From Octopus vulgaris (Eukaryota): a DNA stretch of 64,000 bases. Below, one piece after another: positions 12,093-25,831 of the stretch (its first letter is position 1; the number at the start of each line of letters is the position of its first letter). The notes under the pieces were generated by a model. It made no database searches, was not told the origin of the DNA, and saw only the letters and a program-made list of their open reading frames with translations. A program made the translations under genes and the position numbers. The stretch covers positions 3,720,001 to 3,784,000 of the forward strand of contig OX597834.1 in the NCBI GenBank assembly GCA_951406725.2, in the 5' to 3' direction.

Positions 12093-12301
12093 CACACACA
12101 TATAAGATGTACTGGGCCTATGAGATTATCCTTGACTACATGCTAGCCATTATGTCCATGCTGCTGGTTTGCAAAAGTAATATGGGCAAAAGCTAAGAAA
12201 AAAGAAAAAAAAAAGAAAGAAAGAAAGAAAGGAAAGGCATGTCATGGCGTGGGGGGTGGGGGTGCAAACCAAGAAATTGAGTTGATGAGGAGAAATACTC
12301 A

Positions 12302-12397
<96 letters not shown>

Positions 12398-12437
12398 CTA
12401 TAAATAACAGAAATTTGTAAATTTCTTTATTCATACC

Positions 12438-12672
12438 TATTTCTTTACTACCCACAAGGGGCTAAACACAGAGGGGGCAAACAAGGACTGACAAATGGAT
12501 TAAGTCGATTATATCGGCCACAGTGCGAAACTGGTACTTATTTTATCGACCCCGAAAGGATGAAAGGCAAAGTCAACCTCGGTGGAATTTGAACTCAGAA
12601 TGTAACGACAGATGAAATTCTGCTAAGCATTTCGCCTGGCGTCCTAACGATTCTGCCAGCTCACCGCCTTAA
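12438..12672 (-). mobile_element. SINE family 2 (also 36880-37112, 48310-48545; partial 27020-27140)
   Basis: AAGGCGG.GAGCTGGCAGAA..GAGTTCAAATTCC..GCCTTTCATCCTTTCGGGGTCGATAA shared by all copies. Confidence 0.85.
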
Positions 12673-12797
12673 ATTCATATCTTTATTCATATCTGTCCTT
12701 TGGTTGCGGTCATACTGGAGCACAACTTGAGATGATTTAGTCTTTTTTTTTTCTTTATCTACATTATTATGATTCTGAAAAGTATTTTGTTCTTTTA

Positions 12798-13187
12798 ATT
12801 CTTTTACTTGTTTCAGTCATTTGACTGCGGCCATGCTGGAGCACTGCCTTTGTCCAACTAAACTTTGTTTCAGTCAAACAAATTGAACCCAGGACTTGTT
12901 TCTAAAAGCCAGGTACTTATTTTATCAGTACCTTTTGCTGAACTGATAAGTTACAGGGATGTAAACACACCAACACCAGTTGTCAAGTGGTGATATGGGG
13001 TACAAACAGAAAGAAACACACACACACACACACACAACAGGCTTCTTTCAGTTTCCTTCGACCAAATCCACTCACAAGGTTTTGGTTAGTCTGGGGCTAT
13101 AGTAGAAGACACTTGCCCAAGGTACCATGCACTGGGACTGAATCTGGAACCATGTGGTTCGTAAGCAAGCTACTTACCACACAGCCA
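12798..13187 (-). mobile_element. SINE family 1 copy (diverged)
   Basis: Similar to 10249-10653. Confidence 0.85.
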
Positions 13188-14644
13188 CATCATAAGGTAA
13201 GTTAATATAACTAATTAAGAATGTTAGTCTTTTTCTTATAACTAATTTAAGAATTTTACTTTGTCTTTCAGCTTCTTAGATAAGAATTTTTGCTTGAAAT
13301 ATTGGAAAACTTTATTTTATGTTTGCCATGTGGTCTGTACAACACCTTCCTGGCACTGCTCTCCATAAACTCTATCACGATTGCCTCTTCTTCAGCTCCA
13401 GTACTACAGCATCACTCCAAAATCAGTAAGCTTACTCTCAGCCAAACATATATGTGCATGAACAGAAATTGCAGGTTGAGGATGAATTCATGCAGGAATC
13501 CAGAACCATTTCATTGAGAAGCAGACTTCTTATCACACAGCCACTCTTGCACCTATAAACATTGGCGAAAATTAATTTAAGACCGATGATAAAAGTTCTA
13601 TTTCTTAACAAAATATTTTGTTACTAACACCCTACAAATTATTTCTATCTTTTACACCTTATGCAGAATTTATTTCTCTTTCGAATGATGCAGGCAATAA
13701 CTATTTTTATACAACTTGAAGAATTCTAATGCTAAATTAATATAAACGTTTCAAATTTACCAGCATTTTTTAATGTACCAATCATACTTCTCTCTCCAAA
13801 AACATAGCTCCCTTTACTGTTGAGTAAAATAAACTCACAGAGGGGAAGTTTCAACGTCTTCCTACAATTTCTTTACACCATTTGTGTGGCTGTTTCTGAC
13901 AAGAAATTTCGCTTTCATGTAAAACAACTATGTTTTGTAGTCATTCTCTGTAATCTACTCCCAAAACACTTCAGTAGCTCTACTTTGCATCACTTGCAGA
14001 CTTATATGTTCTATGATCCTTAAAGTGCAATGACCTCCACAAGAACCAGCCCTCAATTTGGTTTTCTGTTCCTAGGTTAATCAGAAACATAGATTGCGGT
14101 GCTACTCATAAACTTTCTTTGTAGTTCAATTATTTGGTGAAAAAAAATACTACCAAAGCAACTTAAACCAACCCCAGGTCGGGTGGGTTTGTTAGTTGAC
14201 CCTAAATTATAGAATGAGCATTGCTGATAACTTTTAATCTTTAATTTATGATAATCTATGAGCAATGGCCATACTTATCTATGAGTTGACAACCACTACA
14301 TGTGTGTGTGTGTGTGTGTGTGCATTTATAATATATACTTATATATTATATATACATGAATAGCTATATAAACGTGTTTGTACTTACGTGTACGTAAACC
14401 ATTGGTTCGTTTTGTTCTCTTACTTTATTATCATCTTATTTTCATCTCATAATAATGACTTTTATGACTCGTATTACTACCTCAGTCAATCTAAATGTAT
14501 ATATTTGTCGTTACCTGTCATAAAAAGCCTTTTTCTATTTGCAATATGCATTTTCGTTGATTTTTCATATTTTACCCGTACATTTCCACGTGTATTTTAT
14601 ATTTTCTTTTCGTAACATATTTCTACTCTTTTCTCTTTCTCTTT

Positions 14645-15043
14645 CTCTTTTCTCTTTTAATTGTTTCAGTCATTTGACTGCGGCCATGCTGGAGCACCGC
14701 CTTTAGTCGATCAAATCGACCCCGGAACTTATTCTTTGTAAGCCCAGTACTTATTCTATCGGTCTCTTTTGCCGAACCGCTAGGTAATGGGGACATAAAC
14801 GCACCAGCATCGGTTGTCAAGCAATGCTAGGGGGACAAACACAGACACACAATCATACATGCACACACATATATATACATATATATGACAGGCTTCTTCC
14901 AGTTTCCATCTACCAAATCCACTCACAAGGCTTTGGTCGGCCCGAGGCTATAGTAGAAGACACTTGCCCAAGCAACGCAGTGGGACTGAACCCGGAACCA
15001 TGTGGTTGGTAAACAAGCTACTTACCACACAGCCACTCCTGCG

Positions 15044-15045
<2 letters not shown>
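14645..15045 (-). mobile_element. SINE family 1 copy
   Basis: Similar to 10249-10653. Confidence 0.9.
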
Positions 15046-15093
<48 letters not shown>

Positions 15094-15729
15094 TAAAATT
15101 CAAATGTAAACACTTGATGAAAGGTATTACCATTGTTAATATTATCTTTGACAACTTTGATGCTATGTAATCTGCTTGTTTGTTAGTGAAGCCATAGTCA
15201 GACAAATGGCCCATGTGGGCCATGCAAACCATAGACAGAGGTGTAGTCAGCAAGATGAGCCTCAGCAATGAATTCAGCAGCAAATTTTGTGTCCATCAAG
15301 AACTCAGTCCTCAGCTCCTTCTGTTCATCATAGTTTCACACAGTGGCAGTAAGCAATGAGAGCTGAATGACAATAGAATCTGTGGAATACCCAGATTGGT
15401 ATTGTGGAAGCAGTAGACAGTTATTGTTTCCAATTGTAATCCCACAGAACACCATGTGTAGTGTGTGGTTGCGAAAGACACTGGCCCCTCTGCCTGCAAC
15501 ACCAGGGCCAAGCTGGTGGGCAAAAATCAAGGAGGTAATTGAAGATACTGAGTACATTGAGGAATGGATGCACATGGCTCTAGAGTTGTTTTGAGGCCAT
15601 TGTGAAAGCTGAGGGTGGCTACTTTGGGTAAACTGTTGTCTCCCAGCCATAATCTAGTTGATGTTTTTTGATTTTTGAAAATGCTTTTATTTTGGGATGG
15701 GATTGTCAAATTCATCCAAAACCACCTGT

Positions 15730-15777
<48 letters not shown>

Positions 15778-15877
15778 TCATATATATATGCATGCACATA
15801 TAAATATGCATTTACATACATATACCCAAAGATGGATCTTATGTTAGTATGCAGTCTATGATTATATAAAAATCATC

Positions 15878-16302
15878 AGTAGGAGTGGCTGTGTGGTAAG
15901 TAGCTTGCTTACCAACCACATGGTTCCGGGTTCAGTCTCACTGCGTGGCATCTTGGGCAAGTGTCTTCTGCTATAGCCCCAGGCCGACAAATGCCTTGTG
16001 AGTGGATTTGGTAGACGGAAACTGAAAGAAGCCTGTCGTATATATGTATATATATGTATATGTATGTATGTGTATATGCTATGCTTGTGTGTCTGTGTTT
16101 GTCCCCCTAGCATTGCTTGACAACCGATGCTGGTGTGTTTACGTCCCTGTCACTTTGCGGTTCGGCAAAAGAGACCAATACAATAAGTACTGGGCTTACA
16201 AAGAATAAGTCCCGGGGTCGATTTGCTCGACTAAAGGCGGTGCTCCAGCATGGCCGCAGTCAAATGACTGAAACATGTAAAAGAGTAAAAGAGTAAAAAG
16301 AG
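15878..16302 (+). mobile_element. SINE family 1 copy (opposite orientation)
   Basis: Reverse complement of 14645-15045. Confidence 0.9.
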
Positions 16303-16473
16303 CTTCTGACTAATTCAGATAAACGAAATTGGAAAATTTATCCAGGATTTTGCAATTACTGAACACAAACCTTTTAATTTCTGATTTTTTTCCTCTACAT
16401 TTAAAGAAAACTGTTTTAATATTTCACAAATCTCATTTTACTTTTTCTTTCAATATCAAAGTGTAGAACTCAC

Positions 16474-16549
16474 CAGAAGTTTCCTACGAGAAACAAAATA
16501 TTTTATTTTTCGTATCACACGGATAGCAACTTTATGGCGTTCCGTCAAG
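16474..16549 (-). CDS. KCNQ1: KCNQ1 exon 11 (helix B, calmodulin binding)
   Basis: TTTGCAG acceptor; LTERHKVAIRVIRKIKYFVSRRKLL; GTGAGT donor; 76 nt. Confidence 0.95.
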
Positions 16550-16839
16550 CTGCAAATAATTGAGAAAGTTAATGAAAAAGGAACCAAACGTAATTACATG
16601 AAATATACAGAAATAATGTATAATAATAATAATAATAATAATAATGTTTTATGTTTGTAGAAGTGATACAGGACAAATAAAAATAATTACCTGCAGCTTC
16701 ACCTTTTCTTTTACTTCTTATATAATATGTGTGTGTGATATGTATAAACACACACACACACACAGACACACAGACACACACACACACAGACACACACACA
16801 CACACACGCACACACGTATATGTTTATGTATTTGTTTTG

Positions 16840-16965
16840 CAAAATTCCTGATGTGAAATCCTGTGTTGAAACAGATGTTGTTATATTTGGGGAGGGTCAT
16901 ATTTTTGCCAGTTTAACACACACACTAAATACTTGGTCTTCACTTCAACTTTATAATCATTATTA

Positions 16966-17047
<82 letters not shown>

Positions 17048-18200
17048 TATTATTATTACTATTTTAGTGTCTTTGTCTAAGCTCTTTCATCACACATCCT
17101 GTGACCTCTTCAGCGACACTTTATGCCACGTGTCTCCTCTTGTTCTGTTTAGTCCATACTATGGATACACCTTCAGATTGCCTTGTACCCAATGATGTAG
17201 AACCAGTCGATTACTGTGGTGTTGTAATCCCATTGGCTTAACCTTGAAGCCCTTCTAAAACCAGAATTAATTCTATTGAGAATACACTTACTTACTTTGC
17301 CTATTTTGCCCTTAAAGTGTTTAATCAGTTTGCATCTAGGATTAGAAAGGATTAAGATTCTTAAGAGCGATATAGGGGCAGGTGTGGCAAGGTAATTCCC
17401 ACACTCCTCTATATTTAGAAGGGTGACCGACTCTTTTACTTCAGTGTCTACTTTGTTGTATGTAGAGGTGTTTGTTTTCTTGTATGTTTTGAGGATTGTG
17501 TTTGTAAGAAGTCTTCTACACATTGAAATGTCCATCTCATATCTGTCTTTTGTCTTGTTGGTATAGATGTACACGTTAACACATTGTTTCGTTTTTGCCA
17601 TGTCATTTCTTAAAGAGTTAAGGAAGGAGTTACAACAATGCTAAAACCTAGCCTTCTGTATCATGTTCATTAAGTCACTTTCAAAGCTCCCAAGGTCCTT
17701 TATCCAGAGAGGACACTTTTGGGATTTAAAACTAAATCTATCTGAGGGTGTGCTGGTTGATAGATTCTCAAAGAAGAAGACTTTTCAGCACATACACTTC
17801 ATGAGGCTTTTGGTTTTCTTGGCATAGGGCATTAAGTAAAGTTTTCTTAGTGGTCTTTGAACTGTAATTGTTACCATCAACTTGACTAAGATCAACTTCT
17901 TGGATGTAACCTTAGACCTCAACACAGGGAAGTACTACCTCTACAGAAAGTCCAGCAAATAAATTTTATGTTCTTAGACTATGCTCTAGCTGCACTCAGA
18001 AACCTAATCTCAAATATTGGTAGAATCTGAACTCTATCAGCAAACAGAGACAAATTCAACAGAGCCACACACCACTAGAACAAGGCACTAATGAGAAATG
18101 GTTTTTACCAATAATTTAGTGTATATGGAACATACCCCATGTTAAATCTGAATAAGTTATAATGAGAAAAGACATTTGGTTTAATCCTCCATGCAATCTT
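16840..18200. mobile_element. Penelope-like element remnant with inverted RT fragments
   Basis: Minus strand NPRCKLI..GKIGKVSKCILNRIN..QW..TTVIDWF; plus strand NFLDVTLDLNTGKY and IWFNPP; degenerate hammerhead core at 17074-17119. Confidence 0.75.
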
Positions 18201-18239
18201 TGGGTCTTTCTAGCCCTAATTCTGAAGTCACTGACTAGT

Positions 18240-18920
18240 AGCCTATATTGGAGTGTGCACTCTTCACCTGAGAAGGACTTTGCATTTGTGAGCATCTGCC
18301 TGTCTCACTGCCTGGTGAGAAGGTAATCAACCAGGCTTATATTCCCACCAGATTGATAAGTAATTAGGTGGCTAGCTAGCTTTCTAAAGTTAGTGTGGCA
18401 AATCATAAGATCATTTGCATCACAGAACTCAAATAGACTTGTACCTTCCTGGTGCCAAAGCCACAACTACTATGCACACCATGGAATCCATGGGAATGCT
18501 GCCCAACATGTCCAATAAAGTCACTATCCACAATAATGAAGTCTCTGTCATTTGTCGTTGAGGTAGTCAGCAAAAGGACTTCATAGAACTGGTCCTTCAG
18601 ATCATCAGCTAACCCAACCTGTGGAGCATAGGCAGTAATAAATGTAATTGTTAAGCTATCTATGATAAGTCTCAACTTAATAACCTATCGCACACTCTGA
18701 CTACCTCAATTACTTTATCTACCCACTTTTCTGCTTACAGTATGCTGATACCACCCACTCCATCACTCCTACCTACCCAGAAATTTAAAACTCTGTTTCT
18801 TACCCATGAGGAATCTAGCAGAGGCTCATTTCCATCTCACTTCTTGCACACCACATACATCAACATGATGACGCTCCATCATTTCAACAATCTCAACAGA
18901 TCTCCACTTCATTGTGCCAA
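18240..18920 (-). mobile_element. RTE-type LINE APE endonuclease fragment
   Basis: ITAYAPQVGL..KDQFYE..IIVDSDFIGHVG. Confidence 0.75.
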
Positions 18921-19733
18921 CGTTGATGTTTGCAGCCCTAAAATTGTATACATGGGAAGGACGACAGGAAGGTAGTCACTGAGGGGCTTTTGTTCATGTT
19001 TGAAAAGATCTGAGTAAACATTTGCTTGGTAGTGTAGTGTACATTGTGAATTTGATTCAATGAAGTATGATTTTTCGCTACCTCCCAAAAAACTTCCAGA
19101 TTAAGGGCCAGTAAAGAGAGTGGGATAAGAAGGGCATGAAATACCCTTGTATTTGTCACAGCATGTATGTTTAATGAAGTACAATTTCCTCACTCCCATA
19201 CAGCGTCCAGATTAGGACCCAGTAAAGAGAGGGGTAAGAAGGGCATGACAATAGACATATATGTCCATTTATGCATACTCAGAATTAACCTTATCTGCTT
19301 ATACACACATGTATTGTATATATCTACATATACAAACAATACACAGCACGTTATGAATCTCACATATTCAAACATACACACACTTAAACACACCCATACA
19401 TCCACATACATATACACATATGCATATACCAACACACACACTTATGAATATGTAGTCTACACAGAGGTACACAGATGTAAATATATACATATATACCCAT
19501 AATCCTATATATATATATATGTGTGTGTACTCATAAACACATACACCCATACTAACATATATACATAATGAGCTTCACATAAGTACATAGAGACACTTAT
19601 ACAGCAAGCTGACAGGCACACACATTCATAGTCATGTACATTTATAAGTAAGCAGTGGGGTGGGGGGAGATAACATTTTTGCAAGATAGACACTGTTTAT
19701 ATCTTATGTTAAGATTTAGAATTTTTATCATAA

Positions 19734-20280
<547 letters not shown>

Positions 20281-21024
20281 TTATTATTATCAATGGACAC
20301 TGTTTATAAATATTCTAACATAAAATGTAAGAGAATTAATCTAATCTAAGTCGTATTTGTCTAATCTACATAATATACAGGATGCTGTACGGGAGAGAAA
20401 CATTAAACAGTGATTACATGAAATGTGTTTTCATATTTATATTTATATTTATATTCATGAATTTGAACATGGGCAGAACTAATGCAAGGGAGATAACAAT
20501 TAGAAGGTTTTTTTCCCCCACTGATCTGCATATCTATTTGTTTAATCCAAAATCCCACTCACTCTTGTATACCAGCATCCCAATGTGGAAGGGTTGATAA
20601 TTGCTGAGAATTCTCAACATGAAACCAACGGTAGCCTTGTAAAGTCAGAAATAAAGATGTGTGTGTGTGTTAGGATATTTGTTGTAGCCAGCTTGTAACT
20701 TCAACACCCATACTATCATTCCTAGACATTTTAAAGACAGTATAGGTAGTAATTGTGAATTCATGTAAACCTCTGAACTGCTTGTTTCAACAAAGCTTTT
20801 TGTCAGTACAAACGGAAAATTCAAACACAAGCAGTTTATATTAATCAATGCCCCATGAGAAGTCTTAGAAGGTTAATGTTTTGTACAAAGCATTCTCCTA
20901 TAAGCTGACATACAGCTATTTTGTTTTAGATTTTCCTAATTGAAACAGCAGTCAGTGAGCTTAATGATACCTACTTTCACTTTGTGTTCCCTTCTGCATA
21001 ATTATCAGCAGAAGCAGTGGCAAG

Positions 21025-21405
21025 TGGAGGTGCAATGGCCCAATGGTTAGGGCAGCAAACTCGCGGTCGGAGGATTGCGGTTTCGATTCCCAGACCGGAT
21101 ATTGTGTGTGTTTATTGAGTGAAAACACCTAAAGCTCCACGAGGCTCTGGCAGGGGGTGGTGGCGACCCCTGTTGCACTCTTTCCCTCCAACTTTCTTTC
21201 ACTCTTTCTTCCTATTTCTTGTCCCCGACTTCCTACATAACCACTGAGCCTGGATGCACATTCATCCATCCGTCGATGCTCTCGGTGTCGGGGGTTGACC
21301 TGCTTTCTCTTCTGCGGGTCTTACAAATAGCAAAGGACCACATTTCGGACTTCTCCCACTGGAACGAAGACAGCTTCGCTCAACAAACAAACAAAACAAA
21401 CAAAC
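21025..21405 (+). mobile_element. tRNA-headed SINE, family 3 (also 37480-37841 -, 50157-50455 +, partial 52256-52415)
   Basis: TGGCCCAATGG A box, GGTTTCGATTCC B box, shared body, (AAAC)n tail. Confidence 0.85.
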
Positions 21406-21750
21406 AGCAGCAGTGGCAAAAAGTAGTAGTAGTAATAATCCTGTTTTTGCTAAGCATGAGAACAAAAGTTTCTATTGCTAAATGAATTTATAATTTTACT
21501 TGTACTTAAAGATTTCAGGTACAATGCAATGTAAAGTGGGGCCTGTGGTATTTGGATGTGAAAGACAACGAAAAGCAGGGGCTTCTTTGAATTTTCTGGA
21601 TTGTGAATACAGGATTTTGAGTAGAAAGCAAAAATATGGAGACAAGCAACGATAAAAAAGTTTAGTATGAAAACAAAAAAAAAGATATGAAAAGACATTG
21701 GAAGAAGGTTGCAATGAGTAGAAAAGAGAGAGAAAGGGAAATAAATTTAC

Positions 21751-21874
21751 TGGAATACTCTTTCTGTTTCCTCATTTTCAGCGTCTGTGTCTTCATTGTA
21801 CTCTGTAGTGCCACACATACTATGTCGACGAGGATCTGTACGGGATGCAGCACTAGAAATCTTCGAATTTGCTG
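21751..21874 (-). CDS. KCNQ1: KCNQ1 exon 10 (A-B linker)
   Basis: Strong pyrimidine tract plus TAG/CAG; SANSKISSAASRTDPRRHSMCGTTEYNEDTDAENEETERVF; enters in phase 1 and exits in phase 2 (CA|GTAAAT), exactly bridging exons 9 and 11. Sequence homology itself is weak. Confidence 0.8.
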
Positions 21875-22055
21875 CTACAAGAGAAATACAAAGAAAAACC
21901 AAATGAGTGAGAAATATTGAGCAAAAAGGAAACAATTACTTATATAAAAGAAACAACTAATAACTCATAAAGTTCTGAGAAAAGGAGAAAAAAAAACAGA
22001 GGCATAAAGAACAAGTGATAACATGGTCAGTACCAGGGGAAAATGAATTATAATT

Positions 22056-23634
22056 GATGAGGTACATGTGCTGTATGATGAGGTACATGTGCAGTGTGAT
22101 GAGGTACATGTGCTGTGTGATGAGGTACATGTGCTGTGTGATGAGGTACATGTGTTGTGTGATGAGGTACATGTGCTGTGTGATGAGGTACATGTGCTGT
22201 GTGATGAGGTACATGTGCTGTGTGATGAGGTACATGTGCTGTGTGATGAGGTACAACTGCTGTGTGATGAGGTACATGTGCTGTGTGACGAGGTACATGT
22301 GCTGTGTGATGAGGTACATGTGCTGTGTGATGAGGTACATGTGCTGTGTGATGAGGTACATGTGCTGTGTGATGAGGTACATGTGCTGTGTGACGAGGTA
22401 CATGTGCTGTGTGATGAGGTACATGTGCTGTGTGATGAGGTACATGTGCTGTGTGATGAGGTACATGTGCTGTGTGATGAGGTACATGTGTTGTGTGATG
22501 AGGTACATGTGCTGTGTGATGAGGTACATGTGCTGTGTGATGAGGTACATGTGCTGTATGATGAGGTACATGTGCTGTGTGATGAGGTACATGTGTTGTG
22601 TGATGAGGTACATGTGCTGTGTGATGAGGTACATGTGCTGTGTGATGAGGTACATGTGTTGTGTGATGAGGTACATGTGCTGTGTGATGAGGTACATGTG
22701 CTGTATGATGAGGTACATGTGCTGTGTGATGAGGTACATGTGTTGTGTGACGAGGTACATGTGTTGTGTGATGAGGTACATGTGCTGTGTGATGAGGTAC
22801 ATGTGCTGTGTGATGAGGTACATGTGTTGTGTGATGAGGTACATGTGCTGTGTGATGAGGTACATGTGCTGTATGATGAGGTACATGTGCTGTGTGATGA
22901 GGTACATGTGTTGTGTGACGAGGTACATGTGTTGTGTGATGAGGTACATGTGCTGTGTGATGAGGTACATGTGCTGTGTGATGAGGTACATGTGTTGTGT
23001 GATGAGGTACATGTGCTGTGTGATGAGGTACATGTGCTGTATGATGAGGTACATGTGCTGTGTGATGAGGTACATGTGCTGTGTGATGAGGTACATGTGC
23101 TGTGTGATGAGGTACATGTGCTGTGTGATGAGGTACAACTGCTGTGTGGTGAGGTACATGTGCTGTGTGATGAGGTACATGTGCTGTGTGATGAGGTACA
23201 TGTGCTGTGTGATGAGGTACATGTGCTGTGTGATGAGGTACAACTGCTGTGTGGTGAGGTACATGTGCTGTGTGATGAGGTACATGTGCTGTGTGACGAG
23301 GTACATGTGCTGTGTGATGAGGTACAACTGCTGTGTGGTGAGGTACATGTGCTGTGTGATGAGGTACATGTGCTGTGTGATGAGGTACATGTGCTGTGTG
23401 ATGAGGTACAACTGCTGTGTGGTGAGGTACATGTGCTGTGTGATGAGGTACATGTGCTGTGTGACGAGGTACATGTGCTGTGTGATGAGGTACAACTGCT
23501 GTGTGGTGAGGTACATGTGCTGTGTGACGAGGTACATGTGCTGTGTGATGAGGTACAACTGCTGTGTGGTGAGGTACATGTGCTGTGTGGTGAGGTACAT
23601 GTGCTGTGTGATGAGGTACATGTGCTGTGTGATG
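22056..23634. repeat. 21-bp minisatellite, ~75 copies (GATGAGGTACATGTGCTGTGT)
   Basis: Directly visible tandem array; explains the 535-554 aa heptad ORFs. Confidence 0.98.
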
Positions 23635-24339
23635 AAGGAAATCTTAGTGTTTCCAGAATGAATATTGATTTCTGAAATAAGGCTAAGTTTTTTGGCCTAA
23701 CATCACCATAAATTTTTAAAAAGACATTACACAGCTCTGTTTAAGGAAACTTTCTGAAAATTGTTCTTATAATCGTATGTGCTTACGATCGTGAGGTTGT
23801 GAGCTCGAATCCCGGACCGGGCTGCGTGTTGTGTTCTTGAGCAAGGCACTTTATTTCATGTTGCTCCAGTTCACTCAACTGTAGAAATGAGTTGCGACGT
23901 CACTGGTGCCAAGCTGTATCGACCTTTGTCTTTCCCTTGGATAACACTGGTGGCATGGAGAGGGGAGGCTGGTATGCATGGGCGACTGCTGGTCTTCCAT
24001 AAACAACCTTGCCCGGACTTGTGTCTAGGAGGGTAACTTTCTAGGTGCAATCCCATGGTCATTCATGACCGAAGGGGGTCTTTACCCTTTAATCATATGT
24101 TACTTTATATATTTCTGTGGTGTTAATTCAAAATATCAAAGAAGCTCTTTCCCATTTAACATTTTCTCTTAATGATAAAATATACCATAAGTTGTAGGTA
24201 AATCCTCATATGGTAGGACAAAATGAAACAAATAAAAACGAATTTGGTACTTTATTTAGCAAAATAAAATGGCGCAAATGCAATGAAAAGATAAGTAAAG
24301 TTCCATTCATTTATTTGGCTCAGCACCTTAAAATCTCTT

Positions 24340-25310
24340 GTCTCACTTGGAAACTATGCCTGGAACTCTTTCACTTGTGAACATTTTATGGACATTGACA
24401 ATGCAACATCCAGCAGCAGTCAGCCATCATACTGACATTCCATCTTCCCTGGTATCTTTTTTTCATCTCCTTTATATCTTTGATGAAACTTTTCCCTCTG
24501 CTCCTTCCTCATTCACATGTCTCACATTTTCCAAAAAGAAATCCAAATGGATTGGTAAGAAATGAACTCATTTTACATCCTAAAGCCTCAGACTTTTCCA
24601 GCATTCTTCCAACTATGTTTTGTAGTTTGGGTCCTTATGACAACCTAAGAAATTCTTCATCACATCTTTAAAAGTAATCCATACATCTTTTTTCCAAAAT
24701 CCCTAAGAGAGTTTTCAAAATGTTCATCCTTGAAGTGTTTTTCTTTTTTTACATCTGGTCCTACAAATACAACCTCTTCAACTTTGGCACCTAACAGCGT
24801 GAGAAACTTACCATGCTAGTACTTGAAGCCCTCTCCATCCTATGGCAAAGCTTTTATGAACCACTTCATGAGGCCAGGTTTTATGTGGAGGAGGTAAAAC
24901 AACCATTTTTGGAACAGCCAAACCTTGAATAATATTCTTTGTTCCTAGTGTAAGTGTGTCTGTACTTGGCCATTCTTTTTTAGAGTAATGGGAGTTCCTG
25001 GCTTTATTGTCCCATTCATACAAGAAACTAGAGACTTTGTGTAGTGGAATGTTTTCCAAGCAACATGCAAATTCTTTTCAAGTCAACACAAATTCATCCA
25101 GTTGTAATCTTTGAATCTAATCTTGTATAGGAGTGATACCAAATTCTCAGGTATTTCTTTCATGATCGCTGAGGGCCCAACAAAGATGGAAGCATATTTA
25201 TTACCATTATGCAGTAGAACATCTCCATGACTTCTCTTTGAAGAGCCAATAAAGAATTTCTATTCATCATGGCTCTAGCTTATGCCAAACTTTCTTATTA
25301 GCCTTAATGG
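24340..25310 (-). mobile_element. Degenerate Chapaev/CMC-like DNA transposase
   Basis: LYEWDNKARNSHYSKKEWP..GTKNII..VLPP, and LDFFLENV followed by a degenerate RFHQDI-like motif; many frameshifts. Confidence 0.6.
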
Positions 25311-25322
25311 ATCTGTGCAATA

Positions 25323-25737
25323 AACCAAAAACTGAGCAAATATAAAGATCGTGAAATAGAAATCAGCAAAATATGGAACCTGAAGACTAAAACAATACCT
25401 GTTGTCATAGGTGCCATGGGAATGATAGCAAAAAGGGGCTGATTGCTACTTAACTCAGATACCAGGAAACCCCAAAATGGCAGAAATTCAAAAGATAGTG
25501 CTCATGGGAACTGCTCATATCCTACGCAAAATACTTTCTATGTAATCTCAAGTTTTAAAACAAACATAATTTTCGTATGTTTTTTTTAGACATTCTCTAG
25601 AACAACACTATGTACAAAACCAAATATATGGCACCCTAGGCATAACACCAACATGAACTTCCAATTTGGTGTCTCTTGAGGTCTCTGGGTGAGACTTGGA
25701 GCCAACTTGTACAAATATAAAGCAAAAGTCAAACATA

Positions 25738-25741
<4 letters not shown>
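25323..25741 (+). mobile_element. R4/Dong-like RLE LINE 3' end, subfamily A (second copy 32334-32830)
   Basis: KLSKYKD.EIEISK.WNLKTKTIPVVIGA..EIQKIVLMGTAHILRK; (TAA)n tail. Confidence 0.8.
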
Positions 25742-25822
<81 letters not shown>

Positions 25823-25831
25823 AAGAAGAAG

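Noticed and set aside
22056-23634. Possible CRISPR-like array
   Set aside because: The units are directly tandem with no unique spacers, in a eukaryotic intron, with no cas genes.
21957-23675. Three 535-554 aa ORFs with heptad repeats
   Set aside because: They are by-products of a stop-free 21-bp minisatellite inside a KCNQ1 intron, open on both strands with no unique coding flanks.
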